A DNA stretch of 64,000 bases, from contig OX597823.1 in NCBI GenBank assembly GCA_951406725.2, positions 49,600,001 through 49,664,000 of the forward strand, given 5' to 3'. Positions 41,120 through 54,100 of the stretch are shown piece after piece (the stretch's first letter is position 1; each line of letters opens with the position of its first letter). Below the pieces are notes generated by a model. It was not told the origin of the DNA. It was given only the letters and a program-made list of their open reading frames with translations, and ran no database searches. This stretch comes from Octopus vulgaris (lineage: Eukaryota). A program made the translations under genes and the position numbers.

Positions 41120-42522
41120 TGAAGTTAATCTATATTGTCTGATGATTGGTGGCATAAAACTTTAAGTAATGAAATGTGAAATATCAGCTAAAGTAAATAT
41201 GAAATATATATATATCAAAAGAGAAAGAAGAGAGGAGAGATGGAGGGATAGAGAAGGATAAGAGGAGAAAAAAATTGTTTCTTTAACACATGCACACACA
41301 TATAAACACACACTCAAATAAAACTCTCTTTGGTAGTTGAAAGCAAGAGCTGTTCATGTTTCATTTCCTGAAACTTTTGATTGATATAATTGTAAATAAA
41401 TAGAAACATCATCAAATTTGAAACAAATTGGAAAATGAGAAACCAGTTGCTGCAATATTCTCATTGCAGATGTTTGTAATTGCTTTCAAAACAAAATTCT
41501 AATTTAGGAACACAAAAGTCTGGGATTTTTTTTTCTTTTTCCAAGAGTTCTACAGTTCTTTTCTCAATGGAATATAATAAAGCTATAAAAACAAGTTACA
41601 ATGTTTGAAGTTGGCCCAAAAAGAATTCTTTTCCAGCAAAATATCACTATGACTGCTTCACTCACTATTGTGATTCTATTTAAAAATAATTTTAAAACAA
41701 TCACTTTTTCCTCAGGCACAAAACTATGTTTTACGCTTTGTAGGAAGGGAAATAGATATAGATGATGGAACTGACTCCCATAATTTTATGGGTACTTATT
41801 TTATCCATTGAAGAATAAATGATAGATGAAAACTTCTGTCTGGCAGAATTTAAACTCAAAACAGTCAGGTACTGAAATAAATACCATAAAACTTTTTTTA
41901 ATACCAGTGTTTTCAAAGTCTCAATCATTTTCCCCTTCTTAGATAACATATGTTTTACAATATTTCTGGTTTTCATTAGTATTCCAAAACTATCTAGTCA
42001 GAATGCTGGCCAGAAACAGTTTAGCTCTAATTAACTGATCTATCATCCAAAATGTCAATCACAAATATTTACCATGTGTCATGAATGGCTTAAAGAAATA
42101 AAAATTCAAATCTAAGTCACAAACAGGAATTTTGTAACCAATTCCACCATCAAATTGTTTTTTTTCTTTTTTAATGTTTACTTAAAAATATCATTTTGTA
42201 AAATAGCTAACTCTGCTTTTATATATGATGAGGAATCTACAAAAATTCATTTATTTAGAAAATGCCAAAGCAGAGTATATGTTCTGGCATTAGACTCAAA
42301 ATTAAATAGTCATAAAAATACCCTGCTTTCAATTATAATTTTACATATCTTAAATAGATTTTAAAATCTAAAAAGTGCATTTATCATAAAAATCATTTGT
42401 TTAACTTGCCTTTTACTCTTCAATCTTAAGATCTTAAACTCTACTAAAACAATTCTCAAACCTATCTTTTCCAATGGTCAGAAATTGAATGCAGGACCAA
42501 GATTAAAGTTGGTAACAGAACT

Positions 42523-42572
<50 letters not shown>

Positions 42573-44157
42573 GAAATAATACATAAAATGGAGAAGTAAT
42601 AATAAAACTTAGTTTTGAGCTATAAAGCAAAAATTTAAGTTTAAAAACCATTAAATTAAAAATCTGCTTTAAATTGACAAGAGAAAATAGTTGCTAAGCA
42701 GAATAGCATATAAAGCAGCAGTTATTGATAGCATAACTGCTATAGAACTTTCAATTTAACTGCTTGGAGAGTTTTTCTGAAATTCATAATCAGCTTAGAA
42801 ATATATTTTATATTTTAGGAATAAACAAAAACACAATACAACTATGAAAAAAAAAAAATGAAAATAATGCAAAAATATCTTCTAAATATTCTTTTTCAAA
42901 TACCTCTAAGGGTTAAATAATTATTGGAATGTATGGAGACAAACAAACACACATACATGTACTAAAATATTAACTCAAAATAGACTCCTTAATCTTGAAT
43001 ATAAGTATATTAAGGAAATTAACTTTTTAGTGGTTGTCATGGTGACAGAAGACCTGGCACCTTCCTTAATCTCTGCTACTGAATGCTGTTAGTAAAAAAC
43101 AGCAAAAGCAAAAGAACTCCAAGCAGCACCAAGACAATAATAACCTAACTCTGACCAAATAGCCTCCACTTTTGTTTACCGCCGCCAGCGGCTAAATATG
43201 CATGTCTCCAGAATTAGAAAATATTTTACTTTTTTTTTCTTTGCGGCAGGAAGGGAGGGGGAGGGGGATTATATATCAGGGAGTGCTGTAGAAAGTAAAA
43301 AGGAAAAAAAAAAAAAAGACTACCACTCATTACACACTTATGAACCAAACATGATAGAAAAATGTCTGTTTGTTTTAGTTCATCTGAACTTCAGGATATA
43401 GAGAAGACAGTCTTAAGCTGGTTTTGTTTGTTTGTTTTTTTTTTATTCATTTAATCCTTTTCTTTTTCCTTTTTCTTCTAGATGTTTTAGTCCTGAAAGA
43501 CTTGTTGTAACATAATTTTGGTATTAATAAATTCATTTTGATTGAGTTTTTTTTTTATATATATATATATATTATTTTCAATGCCCAAATAATAAAAAAT
43601 CTCATATAATCATATCGATAACAACTGATTTTAACAAAAAAAAAAGAAAGAAAAAGAAACAACAAAATGTAATGCCTTTTCTTCTTCTCATTTCAGTTTT
43701 CTGCTTTTTGTTTTTTCTTTGGAAGAGATAATCAGAAATTAAGTGTACAATATAATAAGGGATTGGAACCAGTTAACAAAGTAAGATTATAGGTACGAAA
43801 TTCTGTGAAACATTTCTAGAATTTCTAAAGAATATTTAAACAAAAAGAAAAAAAATGTAAAGAAAAAATATATAGAAACTATTGTGTGTATGCTTTCAGA
43901 TGGTTTTTCTTTTCTCTCTGTAGCGTAGCTAGAATTAGCTAACAGTCTGGACTTGCCTTTAAAACAGCTTGGAAACAACTGTTGTATCAGCTGTATCTTC
44001 TTTCTGGAAAATAGGAAAAAAAGAAAATGGAAATAAAAAGTAAAGTGAATATGAAACAAAAGAAAGTGAAATAGTCATGACAATTATTAATTCAAATCAG
44101 TAAATAAAAAGAGGAGTGTTAAAGACAAAAAAATGATCAGCATGAAGTGTGTGTGTG

Positions 44158-44200
<43 letters not shown>

Positions 44201-44205
<5 letters not shown>

Positions 44206-44503
44206 ATGATCACGTGACCGACCAGACCATCAGATGTTGCTACACATTGCTGGTCACAATGCATTCGCATTGTTTTAGCCTTCGAATGACGCCACCCCAC
44301 TGGCTAAGCAAGCAGGCCAACAGAAGAGTGAGAGAAAGAGTGGTGAAAGAGTACAGCAGGGATCACCACCTCCTGCCGGAGCCTTGTGGAGCTTTTAGAT
44401 GTTTTTGCTCAATAAACACACACAATGCCCGGTCTGGGAATCGAAACCGCGATCCTACGACTGCGAGTCCACTGCCCTAACCACTGGGCCATTGCGCCTC
44501 TAC
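44201..44503 (-). mobile_element. SINE family C, inserted in (TA)n
   Basis: Close homology to 17912-18208. Confidence 0.88.
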
Positions 44504-44516
44504 ATATATATATATA

Positions 44517-45368
44517 CTAGCTGATAATTCCTGGTAAAGCGGGGGGCTTATCCCTTGGTTCCATTTTCATAATTGTTTCGCTAATCCAATAACAACAATA
44601 CAAAGTAAGTAGCCCTTCAAACGGTTTTTGTACATTTACACAAAATACCAAAATGTCTTACACTGTCTTGTTTTTAGGAATTCTCAATAAGTTATGAATA
44701 CCTAAATTGTGAAGTCAGTTATGAAATAACATGAAATTTGTTACCCGATAGTAAGAATTCAAATAAAGTAGCCCCAAAAAGGGCTTTAATGCATTCCCAG
44801 AGTATATAGAACTTATGAGGAAATACTAAAATCCTGAAGCATGTTACGTAATAACAGGCTAATCAGCAATAAGTTAATAACAATTCTAAGTAAATAACTC
44901 TGAAAAGGGCTATCGTGCGTTCCCAGAGAATATTACCCTCAGCGTAATAATAAGTCACTAACCGAAATAAGTGGATCTATTGTTTAGAAAAATACTATTT
45001 ACTTGTTTAAATCTTGTACTGGATAAATTATGGTAATAGATTTAACAGTTCAAATACTGAGAAATAAGCATGCTCAATTTGATTTATACCAAATGATTTA
45101 GGAAAATGAATGGGTTATTTCCCTTGGCTGCTAAAATCTGGGTGAATGGGTTATTTCCCTTAGCTGTTAAAAATGAAATATATAAGTATTCCTTCCAGGT
45201 GACCTATTATTGATTTTTTTTTAACAATCTGAGTATGTTACGAGGTTTCCAGACATGAGTTCTACTCAATTGTCAAGTTTCATCAAAATCAACAACACGA
45301 TGTAGGAGGAGTTAGCTAACAACTCTACAAACATAAACACAAACAGAATTTACCACGTATGTAGCAGA
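44517..45368 (-). mobile_element. Non-autonomous Helitron-like element
   Basis: On the minus strand it starts A|TC and ends CTAG|T, with a degenerate GC-rich hairpin remnant just inside the 3' end. Internal diverged subrepeats near 44602, 44761 and 44887, and a duplicated AATGGGTTATTTCCCTT. Confidence 0.7.
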
Positions 45369-45743
45369 TGTATAAATGTATATATATGTGTGTATATATG
45401 TATATATACATATGCATAAATATATATATATATGTATATATGTTTGTATATATGTGTGCATATATGTATATATATATGTGTGTATATGTATATATATGTG
45501 TGTGTATATATATAAAAGTGTATATGTATGTGTGTATATATATGTATGTGTGTGTATATATATAAAAGTGTATATGTATGTGTGTATATATATATATATA
45601 TGTGCATATATAAGTATGTATATCGAAGTCTATATATATGTGTATATATCTGTATACACGTATGTATATATACGTATGTATATATATACGTATATATATA
45701 TATATGTACAAATATATGTATATAAATATATATATATGTATGT

Positions 45744-45791
<48 letters not shown>

Positions 45792-45800
45792 ATATATGTA
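45369..45800. repeat. Compound (TA)/(TG) microsatellite
   Basis: Directly visible. Confidence 0.95.
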
Positions 45801-46334
45801 CAACCAAAACGTCCCCCATCCAATGGACATTGCTGAGTTGTCAAACATTTAAACCAAACTTTCTCAAAACAACTTGTCTGACCGTCCCATAGGCCTCCCC
45901 TTTGAGAAACACTGATTTAACCTAAATTTGAGACACCAGCAAGAAGAAATAAAGATAGACTTTTTTTCTATTCCAAAGAAAAACGATTTTATTCGCACAA
46001 ATATGCAACCGAAGAGTTTAAAGTACCAGTAATGATAAGGCTGTTGACTGGAAGAACACAAACATGGTTTAAACAGTAAGCTTGGCAGGAAAGAAATGTG
46101 CCTTTAAGCAGTACAAAAACAATAAAAAAATGGAAGGTGCAGTTATGTACAGGTTGACGGAAGAAAAGCAAGACAAAAACGATGTATGCAAATGGGTTAG
46201 CTGGAGGTAAACCTAGATAGAAAAGCATGAGGAATTTATGAGAACGTACCTGGGACAATAATAAGTTTATCTGATAAAACATGTAGGAAATCAACTTGGG
46301 ACGATTTTTGATGAAAAGCAACAACCTAGGGAAC

Positions 46335-47664
46335 TAAGTAACAGAGGGACCAGCTATCCGAGGTGACGGTACCTTGGTAGATAAAGCAATTAAGAGTATA
46401 AAGACAGGGAAAGCCCCCAGCCCATCAGGAATTACTGCAGAGATGCTCAAAATATCTGGCAGTGTCAGCTGTAGCCTAGTCACCAGTATAGTTAACCAGC
46501 TGATACATGAAGGAGTCATACCCAATGACTGGTGTAGCAGCATAATAGTCAACTGCTACAAAAGTAAAGGTGATGCTTTAGATACAAATAATCACAGAGG
46601 TATCAAGTTGTTGGATCAGATAATGAAGGTCTCAGAGAGGGTCATAGCCCAACTAATTAGGGATAGAGTCAGTTTAGATGAAATGCAGTTTGGGTTCGTG
46701 AGAGGGAAAAGCACCACCGACGCTATATTTCTGGTAAGACAGCTGCAGGAGAAATACCCAGCCAAAGATAAACCTCTGTACCTGGCTTTCATTGACATGG
46801 AGAAAGCCTTTGACAGGGTGCCCTGATCCCTTATATGGTGGTCAAAAAGGAAACTAGGGATAGATGAATGGTTAGTGAAAGCTGTGAAAGTCATGTATAG
46901 GGATGCTGTGAGTAAGGTGAGGGTTGGCAACAAGTACAGTGAAGAATCCCAGGTAGATGTAGGAGTCCACCAAGGTTCAGTCCTTAGCCCCCTCCTATTT
47001 ATCATAGTCCTCCAGGCAATAACAGAGGAATTCAAGACAGGATGCCCCTGGGAGCTCCTCTAATTCCTCTAATTGCTGAGTGACTATCCGAACCAGAGAA
47101 GAAGCTTCAAGTGTGGAAACAGGGATAAGAATAGAAAAGCCTTAGAATCAACCAAGCTAAAACCAAAGTCCTAATAAGCAGGAAGGCAGGCAAACCACAA
47201 ATTCCTTCAGGTAGATGGCTCTGCTCGATCTGTAGGATGTACCCAGTGTAAACTATGGACACATGAGAGGTGCAGCAATATCAAAGGAAGGCTTACTGGG
47301 AAGATAGTTTTTGTATGTGGCAGATGCTCAGGAGCAATAAACACTGAAAATGTGCAGAGAACAACGTCCGCCACATTACAGGGAAAAAAACTAGAAGCAG
47401 TTGATAACTTCCGTTACCTAGGTGACCAAGTCAGTAGTGTGGGAGAGGGTGCTGAAAGTGTAGCTGCTACAATAAGAATAGCCTGGGCAAAGTTCAGAGA
47501 GCTCTTACCTCTACTGATGACAAAGGGTCTCATGCTCAGAGTAACAGGTAGACTGTATGATGCATGTGTACGAACAGCCATGCTACATGGCAGTGAAACA
47601 TGGACCGTGACAGCTGAGAACATGCGTAAGCTCATAAGGAATGAGGCCAGTATGCTCCGATGGA

Positions 47665-47667
<3 letters not shown>
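46335..47667 (+). mobile_element. Decayed RTE-clade LINE reverse transcriptase fragment, same family as 6490-7935
   Basis: ORFs 46374-46826 (RGIKLL, QFGF, FIDMEKAFDRVP), 46875-47063 (GVHQGSVLSPLLF) and 47352 onward (FRYLG, HGSETW). Contains stops and frameshifts. Cut by (TA)n at about 47667. Confidence 0.93.
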
Positions 47668-47715
<48 letters not shown>

Positions 47716-48267
47716 CATGTATATACATGTCTGTTGAATACCAGATGTCCCTAATGCCAATAGACAAAGGAGATCTTCCGACTTTCAATCTGTATCAGAA
47801 ATGTTACCCATACAATTGAGAAAGTGACTCAATTTAATTTTGTTCCTTTGAGGCATCACAAAATTTTGAAAAGAAACCTTTTTGTTTAAGAAGCAGCGAA
47901 ATACAAATGAAGCTAAAAAGTATGGCACATAATAAAAAAAAGGATGTTGTTTAGCCTCAGTCAGCTCTGAATGTATCCCTATACTTAGAGGCATACCAGT
48001 GAAGACCATCCATCCTTTATTAATTTATATCAGGGACTCCTGTTATCTAATATATTTTTTCTTATCAGGTGTGATTTGAGAGAAATTTGGTTGCTCTTGA
48101 TAGGTCAAATGATACCCTAGAGATTTGCCTTAATTATGACATTGTTATCATAAAATGCTAACATCCATGATAAAACATGAGCATATTAAAACAGGCTGGT
48201 TGATACTAAAGGGGATAATTGTCTTTGTAGATCTGTCAGCATCGCTGCTCTCAAGAAACTCAAAATG

Positions 48268-48500
48268 AGTGATTCTCAACCATCTTTTGCCTATGAACTT
48301 TTTTGATTCCTATTTTATTCTGATGTGCCACCACCACCACCACCACCACCGTGTTAACAAAAATTTATACTTTTATAGTTAGATATTATTAGGGATTGTA
48401 TAAATATTGTTAAAATATATTTTTGCATTGTAGAAGTATAACTAATTTATTGCTCATAAACTTTAACGATGAAATCTTAAATGGACCCCGGTTGAGAACT
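48268..48500 (-). mobile_element. hAT-like MITE, diverged copy
   Basis: AGTGATTCTCAAC ... GGTTGAGAAC ends and internal homology to 10936-11190. Confidence 0.65.
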
Positions 48501-49799
48501 TAAAAATGATAGCTCCCGACAGAGTCCCTAGAGCCCTCTAGGCTCATCTTCAATTCCTGCTTTCAGTGTCCACTCAGAACGTAACTAACAGAAACAACTT
48601 CATTGGCATTATTCTTATTTAGAATCAAGTAAGTCATCACATTTGGATGTAGCATTACTGAATCATTTTTTTTTAGCGTTTATCATTTACTAGTTTCAGT
48701 CATTAGACTGTGGCCATGCTGGGACACCACCTTGAAATGTTTTTAGTCAATCGAATCAACTAAAAAATTATTTAGCTCACCATGAAAAGTTGAATAACTT
48801 ATTACAATAGTGGACATGACAAATAAGAACAAGAACTAAGAATAACATAAACCATAAAGATCAAGTAATACATACAACAGCAACACACACGCACAACACT
48901 TGGAGTAGCACCTTGCAGATACTCTGACAGTCATATCACTTGCAAGTGACCTCTCATAATATTGTCTAGACTAAAAGAGATACCAAACTATCAATTCTGG
49001 GTACAATAATACAATATATAACTCATCAGTTCTATATTATTTCTGTTGGTGAAGTGTGGCTAGAATTGAAAGTTTCAAATATCACCTAACAAGACTGCTC
49101 ATAATGAGAATAGTTTCTGTATGTAGAGTTAATTACTGTAAGCTATGTTAAATTGATTGACATCAAATGCTGTTGCTAGCTTGGCATTATTAAAACTGTA
49201 GCAGAGAGAATGGAAACAATATTTGAAATGTCTTGCTTGAAGAAACCTGACAGAATTCTTTACTCTAACAAGTGTAGTAACTTATTGTTAATTTAAGATT
49301 GATGGCTATTGTATATAATGTTTACTATCTCTTCTTATGAATTTATTTACGATAATGTATTGGAGGAAAAACAATTTAGCATTAGACAGCTTGAAATAAT
49401 CATTCTAATTCCTTGTTGATCACATGACAGGAAGAAGATACATCTAGACATAGAGATGTCCTCAAGAATGTAGGTGAAAGAGATGAAGTATGATAAGAAA
49501 ATACTAGTAAAACTGAGCCAACTAATTTTATTTGACTGTTTGCCCAATGTGCATTTGCTTTTCCATGCTGGCTGGGTTGGATGAAGACTCAGCAAGGCAG
49601 TATTTTATGGATGGACATGCTTACCATCACCAACTTCTGCCTGTATTTCAAGTAAGGAAGTTTTCATTCCACTGGTTGACATAAATCAAAAACAAAGAGT
49701 CACGCAATGTTTTGTTTACAGGGGATGTAAGCATGGCATTGCTGTTTTTCCTACAAAAACTTTTGGAATGTAAATACTCTTATACACGCATATAAATAC

Positions 49800-50105
49800 A
49801 TGTGAAGGCACATGACCTAATGGCTAGGATATTGCACTCACAATCATTAGATCATGGGTTCAATTCCTGGGCTGGGCAGTGCATTGTGTTCTTGAGCAAA
49901 ACACTTCATTTTACATTGTCCCAGTTCATTCAGCTGTAAGTGGGTAACCCTGGGATGGAATAGCCTTCCATTCAGGCAAACATGTTGGCCTGCTTGCCTA
50001 GTCAGCAGGTTGGTATCATTTGAAAGCTAAAACAATGCGAAGTGCATTGTAACCAGCAATGTATAACAATATCTGATAGTTTGGTTGATGCCATGATACT
50101 GTGAT
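49800..50105 (+). mobile_element. SINE family C relative, older copy
   Basis: tRNA-like head GGGTTCAATTCC and the shared tail GCTAAAACAATGCGAA...CAGCAATGTA. Confidence 0.7.
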
Positions 50106-51659
50106 AAACAAACTCACACATACACTTGGCAAGGGATGTTTTACACAGTTTCTGTCAATCAGTTTCACTAACAAGGCATTGTCAACCCAAGTCTATGTAG
50201 TGGAATAGAACTCAAAACTATGTGGCTATGAAACAAAACTCCTTATCAACACAGCCACATCTATGTCTCAATAAAAGATGATAATTACTTAGAGACATAA
50301 GTTTTATCAAGCTGAGAGGCAGAAGAATACTGCTACATGAAAAATGATAAACAGCAAATAAAACCACCAACAACAACAACAATAAAAGCATGACTATCGG
50401 GATAACATTTCTTATGAAGAGTGATGCTGTTTTAGCTTGCATTTTTTAGCTAGAACTGCTTTAAATTCATGCTTTCTGACTAATTAAAGTGGTTTTGTAA
50501 AATGATATCCTATTAGATATTTCCATTAAGTCTGCCAGTGCATCTCGCATAAATGTTTTCTGAGAGAGCAAATTAACTTTGGATGAGTTTAAAGCATGGC
50601 CAGCCTGCTACAAGTGAACACAGGTGTAGTCAGTTAATAAATCTGATGCAATCTATCTAAAGATCCAGCAATCAGCTTTCCCAAGGAACAACTTTGTAAC
50701 AATGCTTAGTGTGTCATTCACTTCTCAGCATTAAACAATTCTTGAAGAACTATTGCTACACACATAGAAACACAGATATATATATATATATGGCATATCA
50801 GGCTATTAAAGTTTACACACCACGCTATCTGCACGCCATGACCTAGAATAATTAGGCTACTTCAAGTCTTGCTTTAAATTTAGAGAGAGAACACTAGTTT
50901 CTTTATTTGGCATAGGAACGAATTTGGTATGTTTCTGTGAGTCAGAAAGGTTACTAATTAGTAATGGACAGCTGAGCAGGAGTCATAAAATAACCCAGTA
51001 GTTGACAAAGAGGGTAAACATTTATGGGGAAGAAATTGAAAACAAATTCAAACAATTGTTGATACAATACTGACTGTGGGGGTCATAATGGAAACAATCT
51101 AGGAAAATATAGACAACCATATTATTTCAGTAGTAGAGCTGCTAGAAATAGCAACTAAATTTCCCTCAGATTTCATCCTACTTTCTTATAAAAATGAAGG
51201 CAACATTTGAAAATGTTGAATAATAAGATTGACAAACATGACTGAAACAACTTTGAGCAAAGGCCAGCTTGACCTGGGGTTAAACAATAACAATATAAAT
51301 TTTTGCAGATCTTTGGAGAATCCATATAAATTAGTATTCATATATTTGGGCCCATGATGTGATGAGAGAGAGAGAGAGAGGGCGGAGAATCATTTATTAC
51401 AGAGAATGTAGGCTGAAACTGAACATACAGAGATTTAATATAAAGATGGTACAACCTACGGCTTAGCAGACTGGTGACTATGGTATTTCACTAATGTTGA
51501 AAAGACTCCATTCAAAAGTTGATCACTTTAGTACAAATTAAACTTGTCATGACTTTAAGCAGCCTGACAAGGTGTTATATAAATCTTTGTATTAACAGGT
51601 AAATGTCCATATTCTACAGCATTAAAAAAAATATAGCACTAACTTCAGGAAAATCTAAT

Positions 51660-53371
51660 TTTCCTGGCCAAAGCTGAGAAGTTTAAGGCTAGCTGTTGGG
51701 AAACTTTTGTATGCAACTTACTTCGTTCCAGTAACTTTGTAAGGTTTTATTTACTCAGAACAAAAGCAGGATTTGTAAGATTTTTTACTTGGAACAAAAA
51801 CAACCCTTACAAAATATATTCAGTGTAAGACATTCTTCCATCTAAACTCAGTGAACCACTCAAAGACTCTGTAGTGGTTATATATAGTCAGTAAAAGGTG
51901 TTGCTGTGGCTGCATGTATGTTATTACAATAGTTCATAAAGAGATGAAGAATAAATTCAAGACCTGTGTATTTACTACATAAAAATATATTTTATTTACT
52001 GATCGATGATGATACACAGAATCAAAATGTAGAATCTAGTTGAATGAAGTAATCTATGCAAAGTTCAGAGACAGAAAATGTAGCAATAACAGGTAAGTGG
52101 TGGTTTTCAATCATGTGGTGTAGAGAAATAGATGGACATATCAATGACGTGAATGGCTCTCTAATCTAATCAACTAAGAAACAAAGAGCAGGGTTAGCAA
52201 GCTGTTTTTACTAATGGAACACTAGAGATTCTAGAAACTTCCAAGAGAAATTCCAAGCTTCTTGAATAATTAAGCATCACGTCTCATGACACAGATGCTT
52301 CAAGAAACTTAGAAAAGGGAGGTTATGCTATAATCTTTCTTGCGAGGGAGATCATTCAACTATTTAGCTACGTAGACCACTACAACTCTCACATTTGTAA
52401 ACATTTGAATTATTATAATGATTTTGCATTCATTTTTCTATTCTTGCATGGCTTAGATGTGTCTTTGTTAGCACATCTTGCTACTTGTAATAGTCCTTTA
52501 TTGTTTCCTTCATGGGGCTCAGCATTTCTTTCCAAGTCTTTCACTTTCATAAGTCCATTCCATATGGATTGCTTAGTCCTTCTTAAAGCACCTGTTTTCT
52601 CTTTCCCCCACTACCCATTACATATCCATACCAGCACACCACTCCTCCTTACACAAAACACCTAATTCCTTTTATACCCAGTTTTTCTCTCAGCTCGTTA
52701 TTAATGCTCAATTGTTCTTGTACACTAGCATTACTCATCCAGGGTAGCATGCTTCCCCTATTTCTTTTTCAACTTTGCACATTCTCTATATTCAGCAACC
52801 ATGTTTCACTACTAAACAGTATTATATTAATACTAAAACACTGTACAATCTGGCCATCGATCAAGGAGAGAATACCTATGTTGCCAAAAGAGTTAGTAGC
52901 TCCCTACTATACTTACAGATACACACCTCCATAGCTAATTATATCAACAAGAGAACTTAAGCTGTGAAATACTTCTAGGGACCATGAAATATTGAAAGGA
53001 ATTCATTTAATGAGTACTCTTACTGCTAACTACTAAAGGCACTAATGTGGTTATATCATCCATCTCTAACTTACTCATGCAATCACAGCTTTCATTGGGT
53101 AGATGTACTGTAGGTAATTTCTATTAATTTTTTTTCTGTATACTAAAAGCAACCATTTCCTAGATGGCAGGAGGATCCAGACTTCTTACTTTCTACCTAA
53201 AACTTTCGTCTGAGCTGAATTTACTTTTTGACCTCTTATTTCTAGGTTTCACTTCCATGTTTGGAAATTTTCCTTCAGGTCTTCAAATAGAATAAGCTAT
53301 TGGAACAAAATAAGTTGCATACAGACGTTTCCCAACAGCTTGCCTTACACTTCTCAGCTATGGCCAGGAAA
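51660..53371. repeat. Long-range inverted repeat, 77-bp arms about 1.56 kb apart
   Basis: 51660-51736 versus the reverse complement of 53295-53371: ungapped, 9 mismatches by eye. Confidence 0.93.
52420..52990 (-). mobile_element. Ancient RTE LINE 3' fragment
   Basis: Minus strand gives RNRGSMLPWMSNASV...LREKLGIKGIRC, a degenerate match to the RTE C-terminal region above. Confidence 0.6.
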
Positions 53372-53497
53372 CTGAATAAGAGAGGGTGGAGGACTGAACC
53401 CTGACGGCAGCCTTTCAGCAAGTTAGTTTCTCACTAAACTCATTAATGATACTCAACTTATTGAAGATATTTCTGCATATATATTGCATTTCATTAA

Positions 53498-53715
53498 CCC
53501 TTTCGTTACCAACCTGGCTGAAACCGGCTCTGGATCTGAGTACAAATGTCTTGTTTTCATAAGTTTTGAATTAAAATCTTCCACCAAACCTTAGTCACAA
53601 TTTATGTTCCTAACAGTAGCTAAATGATAACTGTTATTTTACTAAATTCTTTGTTATATTTAAAGTAATTGAAAGAAACACAGAGCATCTCAAAATAAAT
53701 ACAGTAACAAAAGGG
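53498..53715. mobile_element. piggyBac-type MITE, family 2
   Basis: TTAA target duplication on both sides. TIRs CCCTTTCGTTAC / GTAACAAAAGGG. Confidence 0.9.
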
Positions 53716-54065
53716 TTAATAAGATTTTAAGTACAAACTTCTGTAGTTGTCTCACAAGGAAGAGTGTCAATGACATCCCATTCTGCTACAAACTTAAACA
53801 GTATCATATGTAAGGTAATACTCTATATGATCAATTGTGCTATAACTCCTTCTGTTACTTTCATCCCTTGGTCAATCAATCTAATGTCTCTGTAGCTGTT
53901 TCTTTCAAGAGCATTTCATTTGCCCTAGTAGTAATTGATGATACTGCTTCTAAGCTAGTCACGGAGTATGGCATCTGCATGTACTAGTTGATTGATGTAA
54001 TATCAAAATAAGTACCATGAGTACCAGTTTGTACACATGTCCTTCATCAGTAATGTGTATGTATG

Positions 54066-54100
<35 letters not shown>

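Noticed and set aside
43170-43197. CpG-rich mini-palindrome GCCGC-CA-GCGGC next to TGTTTAC
   Set aside because: Too short to distinguish from chance without conservation data.
53270-53405. Possible coding exon overlapping the right arm of the inverted repeat
   Set aside because: The frames examined stop within about 30-40 codons and give no recognisable protein.
54015-54056. Minus-strand CTGATGA AGGACATGTGTAC AAACTGGTA
   Set aside because: No GAAA, imperfect stem II and no stem I.
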